Assembly (NCBI RefSeq): GCF_009834535.1
Contig: NC_045697.1
Location: forward strand, 808,001 to 872,000
Length of the DNA stretch: 64,000 nt
DNA from: Camelus ferus
Taxonomy: Eukaryota
Direction: 5' to 3'
Each line of letters begins with the position of its first letter. The first letter of the stretch is position 1. A program made the position numbers and the translations under genes. A model generated the notes under the pieces. It made no database searches, had not been told where the DNA came from, and was given only the letters and a program-made list of their open reading frames with translations. Positions 11,774 to 24,335 of the stretch are shown piece by piece.

Positions 11774-13121
11774 CTGGGGAAACACGAAGGAGAGACGGGT
11801 GAGGGGGGCCCAGGCACATCCTCCTCGCACCCGCGGCGCCTGCCTGGCCTTGGGGTGCGCCCAGATCAGCTCACAGGCGCCGAGGGGGCTCTTCGCACCG
11901 CGCCGGGAGTAGCGAATTCCTCCCTTCTCCCCGCCCTGCGCAGCCACAGCGCACACCGAGGTGGGGATCCCGCTGGGACAGAGACCCTGACACTGCGGCC
12001 TCCGCTTCCTCGCCATTGAACCTCAGGGGCGTGAGGGTCAGACGAGGCCGAGCATCCAGGAGTCAACAGTTGATGGTCGCACATGACGGCACCTGAGTGA
12101 ACGGGGCAGCCTGGGAGCAGGTCTGGGGCTGGTGGAAGTCCAGATCCCCTGCTAACCTGGCCCAGAGGGTGTCCAGCAGCCCTGTGCTGGCCACTGCTGT
12201 GTGTCACCACCAGATGAGGGGCCTTGGCACAGAGGCCAGAGGACCCTGGGAGGAGACCAGGCCCGGGCAGGGAGACGCACGAACAAAGGCCCCAGGGTGA
12301 CCCTGGGGTCGAAGAAGGCTCGGTCAGTCAGAGGGGAGAGCAGAGCTCTGTGGGCCTGGGGGCAGCCCAAGGGGCTCTGAGCCCGGACTGGCCCCCTGTG
12401 GGAAAGAGACATGGCACTCAGGGCCAGGAGCGGGGCCCACACCTCCTCCTCCCATCTGGTCACTGGAGAGCTTAGGGAAGCCTTCACCGAGCAGCCCAGA
12501 GAGCAGCTAGTACAGCATCACCACAACTGTGAGCAGGGCTGCAGGGGAGGACCTGGATGCAACTCAGGCTGTCCCACCTGAAATCACCCCACTCTGACGA
12601 TGGACACCAGCCACAGAGGATCACAGGAGCCAGTAGTTCTCACACTCACTCTCACAGACTCACACTCAGGCAGCTAGGCCTCCTGGCCCACATGAGGGGC
12701 GTGCACTGGAGGGAGGGGGGCGCCCCAGACCCACACCCTCCAGGCACAGAGGTCCCCCTACACCCACCGCTGACTGCGTGTGCTCCGCATACACTGCCTG
12801 ACACCGTCCTGTTCCCGCCCTTCGGCGACTGCAGGACCCCATCTGAAAGGAGGCCCTTTCAGCTCGGCCCTGCCAGGCACCTTCCAGAAAGGGTACAGCA
12901 GCCCCAGACCCCACCCACTTTGCTGCCCAGAGGAGAGGCCTGGCCAGGCCCGGACGGCAGGCCAGCGGAGTGGGAGGACGGCTGCGGGGCCACCTGCCGC
13001 AGCGTAGCCAGGCTATACAGGCAGCCTCCCGTGCCCCTCCGCCCAGCAGACTGGTGCCCCCGGCTCAGGGTCCAAGGCCACAGCAGCCCAGGAAGACCTG
13101 CTGGGGCTTTTCAACACTTAC

Positions 13122-13176
13122 TGTTGGTCTCAAAAGGGAACAAGCAGCCAGTTGAGCTCACGTTCTCGGCAGAACA
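13122..13176 (-). CDS. FAM53A: FAM53A second coding exon (CSAENVSSTGCLFPFETN)
   Basis: Acceptor cttttcaccttcag|TGT, donor ACA|gtaagt; 55 nt, phase 0 to 1, links the neighbouring exons in frame; resembles human YSAETLNKSGRLFPLELN. Confidence 0.9.
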
Positions 13177-14869
13177 CTGAAGGTGAAAAGAAGGAAGTTT
13201 CAGTACTGTGGACTCACGCGTGCTGATTCAGAAACGGTTCAGGCGGGTGTTTTTCTCACCACAATCAACTGCACTTTCCCAGCACTGTCTTTTGTGATGA
13301 GTAAAAAGAACAGCACGGACCCTGGAATATGTCTTTCTCTTAATCAAGATTCTTAGAAGCATAACGATGTTCACCGAGTAAAGGCCATAAAAAGGCCCCC
13401 AGCATACTCACTGGCGCCAGGACCGTCCTGCTCTTCGGGAAGCCCTCCGCCCGTGGTGCCCACACGGCCGACCCCTCCGTCTGGCGAGCGGCCAGCTGCA
13501 GGGCGCAGCGACCCACGGGGCCCTGCCCGAGCCCACGCAGCTCTCTTCTTGGCCATAATCTGCCCATCAATTGAAGGGGCTGCGTGCAGCTGCGGGCCAC
13601 TCAACACCTGTCTGTCTGTCTGCTTTCTCGCGCTCTCCTGACCTCGCGTGCGGTCACGGCCGCTCACCTTTTCCTGCCCCTCAAGTCCTCTCCATCACAA
13701 CAAGACTCTCAGTCATGGAGTCTAGCTTCTCAGGGACAGTTTCATTGGATTTCCAAAGTCATGATAAAAAAAGGAAATCTTTTGTTGCTTCTCATAAAAT
13801 AAGTTAAAAGCTAGGTCATCGCTCAGAAAAAAGAGGCCTGCCAACAGTCAGGCTGGGCAGAGCAGAGACCTTGTCGCACAGGATTTCAAGAGCCTGGCTC
13901 CAGCGTGGGCACCTGGTGACCATGAGGTTCTCCACCAGAGAGCCCCAGTCAGATGGAGCCGATGAAAAAGCAGCTCTGTCAAGGAACAGAAAGCCCGCGG
14001 TGAACACGGAGCCCACAACGCCGTGGAAATCCACACCTTTGTTGCTGCAAACCCGCCTAGCCCTGGGGGTATCAGCCCTCCCCTGGGCTACCCTCCCAAC
14101 ACAAGCACCAGGGACCATGTTCTCATGTACAGCGTAGCCCACCCCCCTCAGGCTGCGTCCCCAGCAGCTAGCAGCGTCCTACCAAAGTGGGGCACACACC
14201 TAGCAGGCGCCCACTGGGCCAGCTCAAATGGTGCCACACAGGAGCCCAGGTTCCAACATAGAGCTACACAGGCAAGGGCCATGTAGGACAGCCCAGGACC
14301 CCTGGTTTTGGACGGAGCCACACTGAGAGCAGAGCAGGGCTGGCCCTGGCCTCCGTGGAAGGATGGCCGCTGGGCTGTGTGCTGGCGACTCCCAGGACCA
14401 GTCTACACGACACCTCGTGCGAAGGAGCCCCGACAGACGAGGTGGCCTCTGCACACTCGCTGGAGACACGCAGGAGCTGAGGCCACAGGTTCACGTTGAG
14501 GCAGGCCTGGCCCACCACACTCACAGAGGCTCCATCTCGGTCTACGTGCAGGGCACAGCCAAGCGGAAGAGCTGAGGCTGGTCAAACCAGGCCTTGAGTC
14601 CAGCTCCCCTGACCAGCTTGCGACCAGGGCAGGTCAGCTCCTCTCTGTGAGCCTGGAATACCCCACCTAGGACAGGAGTGACCATGGAACACACACGGCA
14701 GGGTTGCTGCTAGGGTTACATAAGAACACAGGAACCCTCCATGCTCCGTGATGGAGAAAAGACGTTTCTGGAAAGGGTGTGGGGCTGACCACACATCCAC
14801 ACAAAAAGACAAGGAAAGTCCGACCCTGACCTGCTTCATCCCACACGTGAACTTCAGTTCAGAGAGTGC

Positions 14870-15730
14870 AGGCTTCAAGCTAAGGGCAAAACGGCAGCAC
14901 TTCCTGAAGAAAGCATAAGAGAGTATCTTCCAGACTCAGGTTAGCAAAGACGTCATAAGTGGGATACAAAAAACACTCACATGGATACATTCGTCTACAC
15001 TAAAATTTAGAATTTCTTTTCATCAAAAGACACCATTAAGAGAATGACAAGGCAAACCATAGGATAGGAGGAAAGATCTGCAGAACACACATCCGAAGAA
15101 AGACTCAGAGCCAGAATATATAAAGAGTTCCCACAAACCAATAAGAAGTGCACACCACCCACAGGAAAAAGGAGCAAAAGGACACCAAAAACGACACACT
15201 ACCGTCAGTAAGCACAGGAAATGGTGCCGACCTCACTGGTCAAGGCCGTGAGGTCAGAGCCGCAAGGAGACACCACACCTGACCGGAAGAAAGTACAGGC
15301 TGAGGTGCTGCTAACGGACACCGCTGGGCAGACCTTCCCCACAAGTGGAAGCAGACGTCCCAAAACAGCTGGCACGTAAATGCCATCAGTGGCACTGTTC
15401 TTAACAGCCAGTTGTGGACACAGCCCAAGTGTCTGTCCAGCAAACAGGGCAAAGGAACAACCACCGAAGCACCAGCCACATGGCAGATTCCAGAAGCGTT
15501 CGCGTCGAGAGGAGAAGCCAGACTCCAAGAGCAGGTGCTGCGCCACGGCACTTCTGTAACCTTCCAGGACCCGCCAAGCCACGTGGGGCCACGGGGACTT
15601 CCCGGGGCAACGGAGACGTGTGGTGTGGCAGGGACGAAGTTACTGTGTACCCAGCTGGCAAAGGTCACCCACTCAACACCAAACACAATCTGCACACGTC
15701 ACTGTATGCAAATTATACCTCACTGGAAAA
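14870..15730 (+). mobile_element. Old, highly diverged LINE-1 (L1M) ORF2/3' fragment
   Basis: aaagacaccattaagagaatgacaaggcaaacc..., cagcccaagtgtctgtccagc, gtatgcaaattatacct are L1-like blocks. Confidence 0.6.
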
Positions 15731-16867
15731 ATCTCCCTTAAACTTAAGAGTTTTGAAAGCTGAGCTTTGCACCAACCCCAAGTCTGGACCTGTGCACACG
15801 GGCACGCCAGAGGCACACACCGCACGTGACCCTCCCTGACCTCGCCCCTGCCCCCTCGCCCCTCCACCCCGCACCCTTTGGAGGCCGCACGGCGGCCGCT
15901 GGCCCCAGCCCCACTCCCCACCCTGCAGCAAAGTTGGCAGCTATCCTGACCCGGATTGTGGCCTCTGCTCTGGCCCCGCCCTCACTGAGAATGGACGCCA
16001 AGCACCTGTCCCCACAGGGCCCCTGGCACAGGCACCCTGTGAGACCCTTCCCCAGGCTCCACCCGGCTCACCACCCACCGCTTCGGCGCCACCAAAATCC
16101 AGCCCTGCGTCACTTCTCAACACCCTCTACCCACTCTGCTTCTCCCAGCACGCCACAGCGACCCCCCAGGCACCCTGCTCACCGTCTGCCTCCCCTCAAC
16201 ACCCCCAGCATCCAGAACAGCCCCATCCCTGCTCTCGGGGAGCCTCGAGCCCGAAATCAAACAGGTGAGAGAGGTGACGGGGAGTCCTTGCTCCAAGACA
16301 CAATCGTTTGTGTATTTCACTACGTAAGTGATTCCTGGTCTTCAAGAGGTGAACGTCAGGAAGAGCAGGTGCTATGAACAAAGGCTGTGCGCCCACGCGT
16401 GGTGCCGAGACCACGCGGGCCCGCCGGCAAGCCTCCCCAGGAGTTCGGTGAACACCCACGGTACACGTGGGGCTTGTCTTCCAAACACGTGTGTCCTGAC
16501 AGAGACTCGTGGGGCTTTCACCAGAGTAAAATCCTCTCCGTCACCATGGGCAGAATTACAGGTCAGAGTTTTCTCGTCATGGTCTCTTTATAAAGAGAAC
16601 TGCCTGTGGCCCCCTTCCTCGTGGACCATGGGTGACACACAGGCCAAGGGCTGGGCGCAGGCGCCTGGGGCCAGGCCCCCAGCATCAGGCAGGTACAGAG
16701 ACTCCGCTGCCTTCCTCTGGGCCTATGATCCAACCAGATGGGGCTGGTGGCCTGAAGGTCACAGTAACATGACCCTAGAAAATGGCTCCCTGGCCTCCCC
16801 CATGTCCCTCCACCTGGCTGAGGCCCAGCTTGGGCAGTGTCCCCCAACCCCGGGGTGGGCAGCTTAC

Positions 16868-16945
16868 CGGGCCAGCATCGTAGCTCTTGTGGGTGAGGTC
16901 GTCCAGGCTTTGGTTCTGCAGCTTCTCAGTGATGAGGGTGACCAT
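16868..16945 (-). CDS. FAM53A: FAM53A first coding exon, CDS part (MVTLITEKLQNQSLDDLTHKSYDAGP); exon probably starts at 17117
   Basis: Strong Kozak ggaccATGg; donor CCG|gtaagc; upstream acceptor tttctcttcag at 17118; FAM53A N-terminus recognisable. Confidence 0.95.
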
Positions 16946-19900
16946 GGTCCAGGGCCTGTGTTCTCTGTCCACACCAGCAGGCCCTGGGGTTCTGCAACAT
17001 CGGGCTTCAGGAGGCCCAGGCCGTTGCAAGGTTTGAGCCAACCCGCCAGGCCGCGTTTGTTTTAAAAATCAGTGATCCATTCCCAAGGGCTCCTCAGAGC
17101 TTCATGTCTGGTTTTTGCTGAAGAGAAATTGTCACAAGTGACTACGCGCAAAACCACTCGGCCAAGGCCACACTCACCTGCCGGCTCCACGCGTGCAAAT
17201 GTTCCTGGTCTTCCTACCTGACAAAGGCCCTCCCGCTTTAAAACTGCCACTGGAGTCCTCTCCTGGAAAATGGAACGAAAGCAGGGGTCTGGCTGACAGG
17301 CGCAGGTGAACGCTCACGTGAGAACCAACACGGAGGTCTTCCCCACCCCTGCTCCAAACAGCGGGGAGGAGGCCCTGCGACGCCTCGGAAGCTAGAAAGC
17401 CGCTGGGAAGCGGACCTTCAGCCAGCACTGGGGACGCCCGAGGGACCACCTGGACCCACCTGGCTGCTGACCGCCGGCCACTGGCTGCAGCAACTAAACA
17501 CCCCTCCCCAACTCCAGCCAGCCAGGCCAGGGCCCCGCCCCCAACTCAAGGTGGGGTTTCCTCCCAGGAGGGGAACCGGGGGATGCAGGTCTGCAGCAGG
17601 CCCAGCGGGCGGTGATGCAGGGAGGGGCACTGGCCTTACCAGGGACAGAGAGGCCCGCACAGGACCCAGCTCCCCACAGAGACCAACAGGGAGAGTCCCC
17701 AAGTCTGCATGCAGCTGGTCACCCCACCGCCACACACAGCCTCACCCCTCCCTGGTGGCCCTGCTGCCTGTGAGCAGCTGCCAAGGGCCACCAGCCCAGG
17801 AAGCTGTAGACAGACGCCACACAGACAGGAAAACCCCAGCAACCTGGAGACACAGGCACCGGAGGACGAAGCCTTCAGCAGCGTGCTCAGTCCCACCTCA
17901 GAGGGGAAGGTGGTGTGCCTACAGAACACGGTCAGAGCACCCTGCACAGGGAACACCTAGAGAGAAAGGAAAAGAGCTCTTGGAGATGAAACTCGAGCAG
18001 TGAGGGGACCTCCGGAACCTTCAGTTTAGGTTCCTAACTGCCACCAGAGGCCTCCTCGGGCCCAGCAGGCTGTCCAAGGCAGAGGGCATGAGGCAGGCGC
18101 CAGGTCCCACCTCAAACTGACCGTCCCCCTCTGGGCAGCATCACTGCCCCCAAGCCCCGGTGTGGATGAGGACAGAACCCTGCCGTGACCCCTGCCAGGA
18201 CCTCAGGGAGCACTCAGCGTCCTGAAATGCATTAGCAAAACAGACCGGCAGATCCGGGAGGAACCTGTACGACGCTTCCACAGATGCTAAGAAGACACAG
18301 CACACCTTCCATTCCCAAAACACACACGCGCACTCTCAGCTGGCATCGACAGGCCTCCTCAGCGTGGCTCTGAAACACCAGGCCTGAGGCCAGCATCCTC
18401 CCAGGTGGGGAAACGGAGGTGTTCCAGAAAACACAGGGGCAGGACAGAGCACCCACGGTCACACCGCACCTCGGCGCATGCCGGGCAGACGCAGGAAGGC
18501 ATGGGGCCCCCCTGTCAGCAGGAGCGTGTGGACCCGCGGGTGGCGTGCGCCCCAACCACAGGCCCCATCCACAGTAGGGGAATATTCGAGGCCAGGAGAG
18601 GCACTTGCTGTCAGCACTGTCCATGGCCACGTCCCCTGGTCTGAAGCCCGTCCACGAGCTCTTCAGCACCTGGTGTGCTCAGCACTGACAGCACTCCCGG
18701 GGCCCCACCGTCTGGACAGGGGCACAGCAGGGACGCCAAGGCTCAGACAGGAGGGCCAGGGCCAGCCAGCTCCCCAGAGGGGCAGCTCTGTACCATGAGG
18801 GGCTCTACTTCAACATGTTTGGAACCAGGGAGACGAATCACAGGGGGCCACACGGCACCGCCAGCCACAGACACACCACCAGCCCAAGTCAGTGGGCAGG
18901 GCCAGCCAGGCCATGGAATGGCACCCACAGCTCAGCCAGGTTCTTCCTGCCTCTGCACACACCCACTTGGGCCCCGCACAGGAGAGGGGCGTTACAAGGG
19001 CCCCTTCAGCCCGACGTGGGACAGGCCAGCCCACAACGGCCACGCACTGCCCCCAACAGATGGTGAGGGGGCAGCGTCCTCTTCTGCCCTCTGCCCACCG
19101 TGCCAGCTCCTCAGGATCTCTGAGACCCTCCTGTGACGCCCCCTCCTGAGTCAACATAATCCTAGAAAGGTGACAGCAATCACAACAAAATTTGAAAAAA
19201 TTATAAAACAAGTAGTATTTTACTTTCAAAACAAGCCCACATCCTTGGAGGCCTGGCTGATTTCCAGGCTCAGGGCGGGGAAGAACCAGCAGAGGCTGGA
19301 GCACCTCCAGGTGCCAGAGGTCCAGGACAGGTGCAGAAAGTGCTGACAGGGCCCAGGAGCCAAGGAGAAGGGGCAGCACGTGGGTCGTACTCCACAGGGA
19401 AAATGAGACCCACGAATCCACTCAGATGTAAGTAACTGAAAAAATAGAGAAGCGGGGGAGGGGAGGCTCTCCCTGTGGGTATGATGCCAACTCAGAAAGG
19501 TGGATGGAATGACAGTGTGTTTTTAATCACCATCTGACAAACATCCCATGATGTTTCAGGCAAGATTCATCAATGAAGCTAACACCGGGGGGTGGAAGGA
19601 GGAGAAGCAGGTATCACACAGCCCCAGAGCATCTCCCGGCAAGACGCTCCTTCATCACAAAGGGAGGTGCTGACTGCACAGCAGAGAGGCCTGACGGCAC
19701 CGAGCGGCCGGGGCGGGCATGGCCAGTCCCAGACAAAGTGGCACTGGGGACACGCTGGTCAGCACACAGCAGCCCTCCCACACCCCCGATTCCTGCCTGA
19801 AACGGAGACCCTGAATTAGCTGTGAGGAAAGTCAGACAAGCAAGGTAAGCTGCGCAAAGCATCAGCAGCAGTCAGCAGCGGCAGGGCCGTTGAAAAAGAC

Positions 19901-20419
19901 AAGCGTGGAGGCCCCGCCCCGCCCACGACACAGGAGGACACGGCGGCCAACGCGTCATGGGGTCCTGGGTCTGTGACAGGGCTCAAGGGGACAGTGGCCA
20001 AAGCCTGCATGGGCACTGGGGTCAGACCCAGCACTAGCCTTGTGTGTCCTGATCCGACCCCGACACTGCTCCACGTCAGGGGGGACGCCAGGGGGGACGC
20101 GCGGCCCTAAAGCAGCGCACAGCCAGGTGGAATGGCCCTCCCACGACCACGGAAGAAGTGCAGGGAAATGCAACAGAACCGCTTAACGCAAACACAGGCT
20201 GGCCAGCGGGCAGACAGGTGCCCCGTACCAGGCATGGCAGCTGCGGGAACATGACCACGTGGAGAGGACCCCTGCCCACCAGCTGCAGCCCCTTCCGAGG
20301 GGGTAGGGGCTGGGGCTGCGTGGAAGAGAACCGGACCCTCGTGTGCAGCACTGTGATCTCCCTCCCAGAGCAGGGGCGCACCACTCGTGGTGACGATCAC
20401 AGATTCACAACCCCGTGCA

Positions 20420-20800
20420 CCAGCTCCCCGGGGCTGCCACCACAGAGCTCCCAAATCCGCTTCCTCCCAGTTCTGAGGCCAGAAGTCAGAAGTCAAGGGG
20501 GTCAGCAGGATGGTTCCTGGGGCTCCGAGGGGGCACCCCTGTCCCTCCCCAGCTTCCGGAGGGAGCCGTGGCCGGCAGTCCTTGGTGTCCCTTGGTTGTG
20601 CCAGCATCCCCATGCCAGCCTCCGCCCCCACTGCACACGGCCTTCTCCCTGGGTGTCCTGTCTCTCCATCTCTTCTTATAAGGACACCAGTGACTGGACT
20701 GAGGTCCACCCTAGCCCAGTATGACTTTATCTTGATTTTTACATCTCAGCCACATCTGCAGAGACCCTGTTTCCAAATACGGTCATATTCCCAGGTCCCA
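20420..20800 (-). mobile_element. MLT1 (MaLR) LTR
   Basis: gttctgaggccagaagtc...tcttcttataaggacaccagt...catctgcagagaccctgtttccaaat are MLT1 hallmarks. Confidence 0.75.
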
Positions 20801-21964
20801 ACACAAGGCCAGGCCGGCTCCCCTCACAGGAGATGCAACGACCAGGACGGACAGTCAGTAACGCACAGCCCGTCCCTGCTCCAGACGCAGCGTGATGAGC
20901 CCAGGATGGGCAGCTCAGGACAGCGTCCCAGCCCCAGGGTCATGCTGCCAGCTGGTGGCAGGTGCAAAGAAGGACAGGAGCAGGACCCCGTTCCTGGCAG
21001 GGCAGCCCCCAGGAGGGGTGGCAATGAAGCCAACACTGGAAGCTGAGGAGATACCAGGAGAGAGGCGCAAAGCCAGGCCTGGGTGCCAAGGGGGATGCAG
21101 ATGCCAGTCGTGAAAAAACTGACCGGCCCTGCTGACCGGGAGGGGAGGGGAGGGGAAGGAAAGGGGCTCTATCCCACAAGCCACTGCATGGACTGAGGAA
21201 GGCCGGGCAGCTGGGGCTCCTCACGGCCTCCGGGAGCACAGGTGGCCTCCGACTCCCACCACAGCCCCTGCACAGGAAGCAGCCCTCTGAGATCCGACAC
21301 GCACGCACCAGACCACCCCCACGGGCCCCAGGGAACCCTCCTCCTGTGTCAGGTGAACCCACGCCAGAGGAAGCAGGATAAAGGACTCAGCTCCACTTTT
21401 CCTGCGATAAGAACTTCAAACACATCATCCTCACCTCCAGGGATGCTGGTCCTTCTCTGCAACCAAGCCAGCCATTGTGTGGCTGACCTCCCCTGGCTCT
21501 TCCCCTCTCCTCCACCCCTGTGAGGCTCAAGCCACCTCCGCCATCCCGGGTGGGTGCAGTCACTAGGCTGTTCCTTCCCATCCACTCGGCCTCAACAGAA
21601 AGCAACCACAGGGTTCCAGCCCCCAGGGGCAACTGGTGGCCGCAGGACAGAGGCCAGAATCATCACACTGGCCCCCAGGCCCCCAAGGCCTAACCCTCCT
21701 GCTCACCTGGTCCCAACCCACCTCTGCACTCAGCACGCAGGCCACACAGGGCGTCCTCCCGGCCCAGGCATGTCATGCAGGCAGCAGGCGCCCCGCACGC
21801 TGCGCGGGGATGAGCCCGAGCACAGGCCAGCCTGGGCGGCGAGGACCTCTCGCTGGCTGCTCTGGCCACGCCCACTCCCTGGACTCCACCCTCCAAGAGG
21901 GCACCAAAGTGGGCTTTGTTTTTCTGTTTTTTCATTTCCATTTATTAACAGAGTCAGATGCAGC

Positions 21965-22310
21965 GCCCATAAAGCCGTAGTGAGTGTCCCGGGGCAGCCG
22001 GTCAAGCACCACAAGCGGTGCCAAAACACGGTCTCCTGGCTCTGGGGGCCGAGCTCCCTCTGGGGGCGCAGGCAGGTCTGCTCCAGGCTCTGTCCTGGCT
22101 GCTCGCCACTCCCTCGCCTGTGAGGGCGTCCCTCCCCATGACTGTGTCCAAAGTCCCTGTTACAAGGACACCAAGCATTTGGGATCGGGGCCCCCACTCC
22201 AGTGTGAATTCAGTTTAACTACCTGCCTCTGCAACAGCCCTACTTCCAAGGCCCTGAGGCTTAGGGTTTCAACGTGCGAATTTTTAGGGGACACAAGTCA
22301 AACCACAAGG
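21965..22310 (-). mobile_element. MLT1 (MaLR) LTR
   Basis: tacaaggacaccaagcatttggg...tctgcaacagccctacttcca...tagggtttcaacgtgcgaatttttaggggacaca. Confidence 0.7.
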
Positions 22311-23959
22311 CACATCCCTTCCATTGTGGCAACGCGTTGTTTTAAAAACCAATGCCACTGCGTTTCTGTACCACACAGAAGGCCAGCACCCACCCCCTCC
22401 CCAGCCCTGCCCTCAGTATCTGTTACGTCCACACTTAGCAGTGCACGTGCACAGCTGTCCTCGATGGTTCCATTTCACACATTACCTACAGACTCTGTGG
22501 AGCAGCATGGCGCAGGTCTCCAAGCCTCCCGCTAGGTCATCACTGACAACACGCTGTCACTGTGAACGGTCCTCCAGCTGAGACACACAGGGGAGGCTGG
22601 TTCCCAAGGTGAGTAACTCCCTCCTCCTCCTCCTCCGCGCAGTTTCTGCCCAACACACTCTTCCCACCAACCCGTCGAAGGAGTTGTAACTCGACAAGCA
22701 AGCCTCGTTTGGCCAGAGCCATTGGGACGGCCTGCAGCCCTTACGCTCCTGGACCAGGCACAGGCCAGCCTGGGGAGGGATGCCTCCCCCAGGTCCAAGT
22801 GCAGCCAGCAGCTGGGCTGGGCCTCGCCCTCCGCTTGCGGCTCCCAGAGCAGGGGGCCCGGCGGGCGTGTAATGCCTGCACCCCTTCTCTCCTCCCTGGA
22901 TGCCAGCCGGGCTCCCCAAATCTTCCCTCTCCCAGAGTTGGGAAGTGTGCAGGGGCCTTGGGCAGGGTCTTCTGAAGGGGGAAACTGAGCCACTGAGGCC
23001 TCAGAGATGTGCTGGCTTCATCGATGAGTCCGCCAGCCCCCTTTCCCAGGTCTGTTTCTAGAACAGCCAGCCCTCCCAGGCCTCCACCTCTGCTACTTTC
23101 CTGTTGCTGCTGAACTGCTGCCACGACCGGCCCTGGACGTCGTCCTCCAATGACGCTTGTTTCTGTACCTCCTGTTTAGCCACCACGTTCAGAGGCGTCC
23201 GCACCTCTGAACGCCCTGAGCCTCGGCCCGCGCTCCTCTAAGGCTGAACCCACCACAGGGCTCTCCTCCTCACGGCTTTCCCATCCCGGCCAGCCCAGCC
23301 CAGCTCCCTCGCTGGTCTCTGCTTTCGGGCCGGAGGTTCCTGTGTGCCGATCACCTTGCTCTCCATTCCTGCTAAGAGAGGGTTTCTCGAGGCCAAGACT
23401 CGAGGCTGCCTGGCCCTTGGGGAGGTGAGTGAGGACCTGCAGTTCAGTGAATCTGTGCGGACACGGAGGCTCCAACAGCGGCAGCCTTGGGGCACGGGCA
23501 GAGCCACCTCCACACGTAGCCTCTCTCTGCCACCCAAGCCAGACCCCGCCACCGGCTGCGAATCGGACACCAGACTCAAGCCTGAGCTCTGGACGGGCCA
23601 CTCCAGCTCCTGCTGGCTGGCTTCTGACCCACGAAGTGGGGAGAAACTCTCCAGTACCCACTTAGCTGTTGGGCCAGGGCCTACCCCAGCACACACGGAA
23701 GGCCAAAGCCAGGCGGTTTCAGACATGAAAGCCTCAGGTTCCGGCGGTTTTCACAAAAAAGAAGTGTGAAGCCCACCAGCACCTCAAGGCTGAGAACATC
23801 CCAAGTTCCAGGAGCGTTGTAGCTAACACAGTGCAACCTCGCAGCTAACACAGCGGCACCAACTCCAGCTTCTCTGACTTTTCTTTTTATTTAGTTTTCT
23901 CTCAAAGAGCACTTAAACAGAAACTCATAACCTGGTTGAACATTAGTTATTAACTAGCA

Positions 23960-24335
23960 ATCGCTGGTGCAGGGTTTTTAGCACATGACTGCAGACGCTC
24001 TGGCACGCCCCCCATGAGAAGGTGGAGTTTAATTGCCCCTTGACCAGACGCAAAGTGACTTCCAGGTGCCACAAAGGCCTGGTCCTTTTTGGGATACGCC
24101 TCGAAGATGCCATGCTGCAGGCAGCCCCACTGTTCACATCTTCCCAGCCCAGGAACCCAACACAGAGTGAGGATGTCCCAGAGGAGACACTTAGCCCCAG
24201 CCCCCATCTGACCAAGCTGCACGAGGCTGCTCCAAATTCCAGGCCCCGAAATCCTGAGCAGTAATAAATGATCATCGTTGTCTGAAGCCACCAGTTTTGG
24301 AGTTCATTTGTTACACTGCCATAGTAACCAAAACA
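23960..24335 (+). mobile_element. MLT1-family LTR, 3' portion
   Basis: taataaatg...gttgtctgaagccaccagttttggagttcatttgttacactgccatagtaaccaaaaca is a typical MLT1 end. Confidence 0.65.

Noticed and set aside
10852..11802. 316-aa ORF antisense to the FAM53A large exon
   Set aside because: Shadow ORF of a very GC-rich coding exon; no independent evidence.
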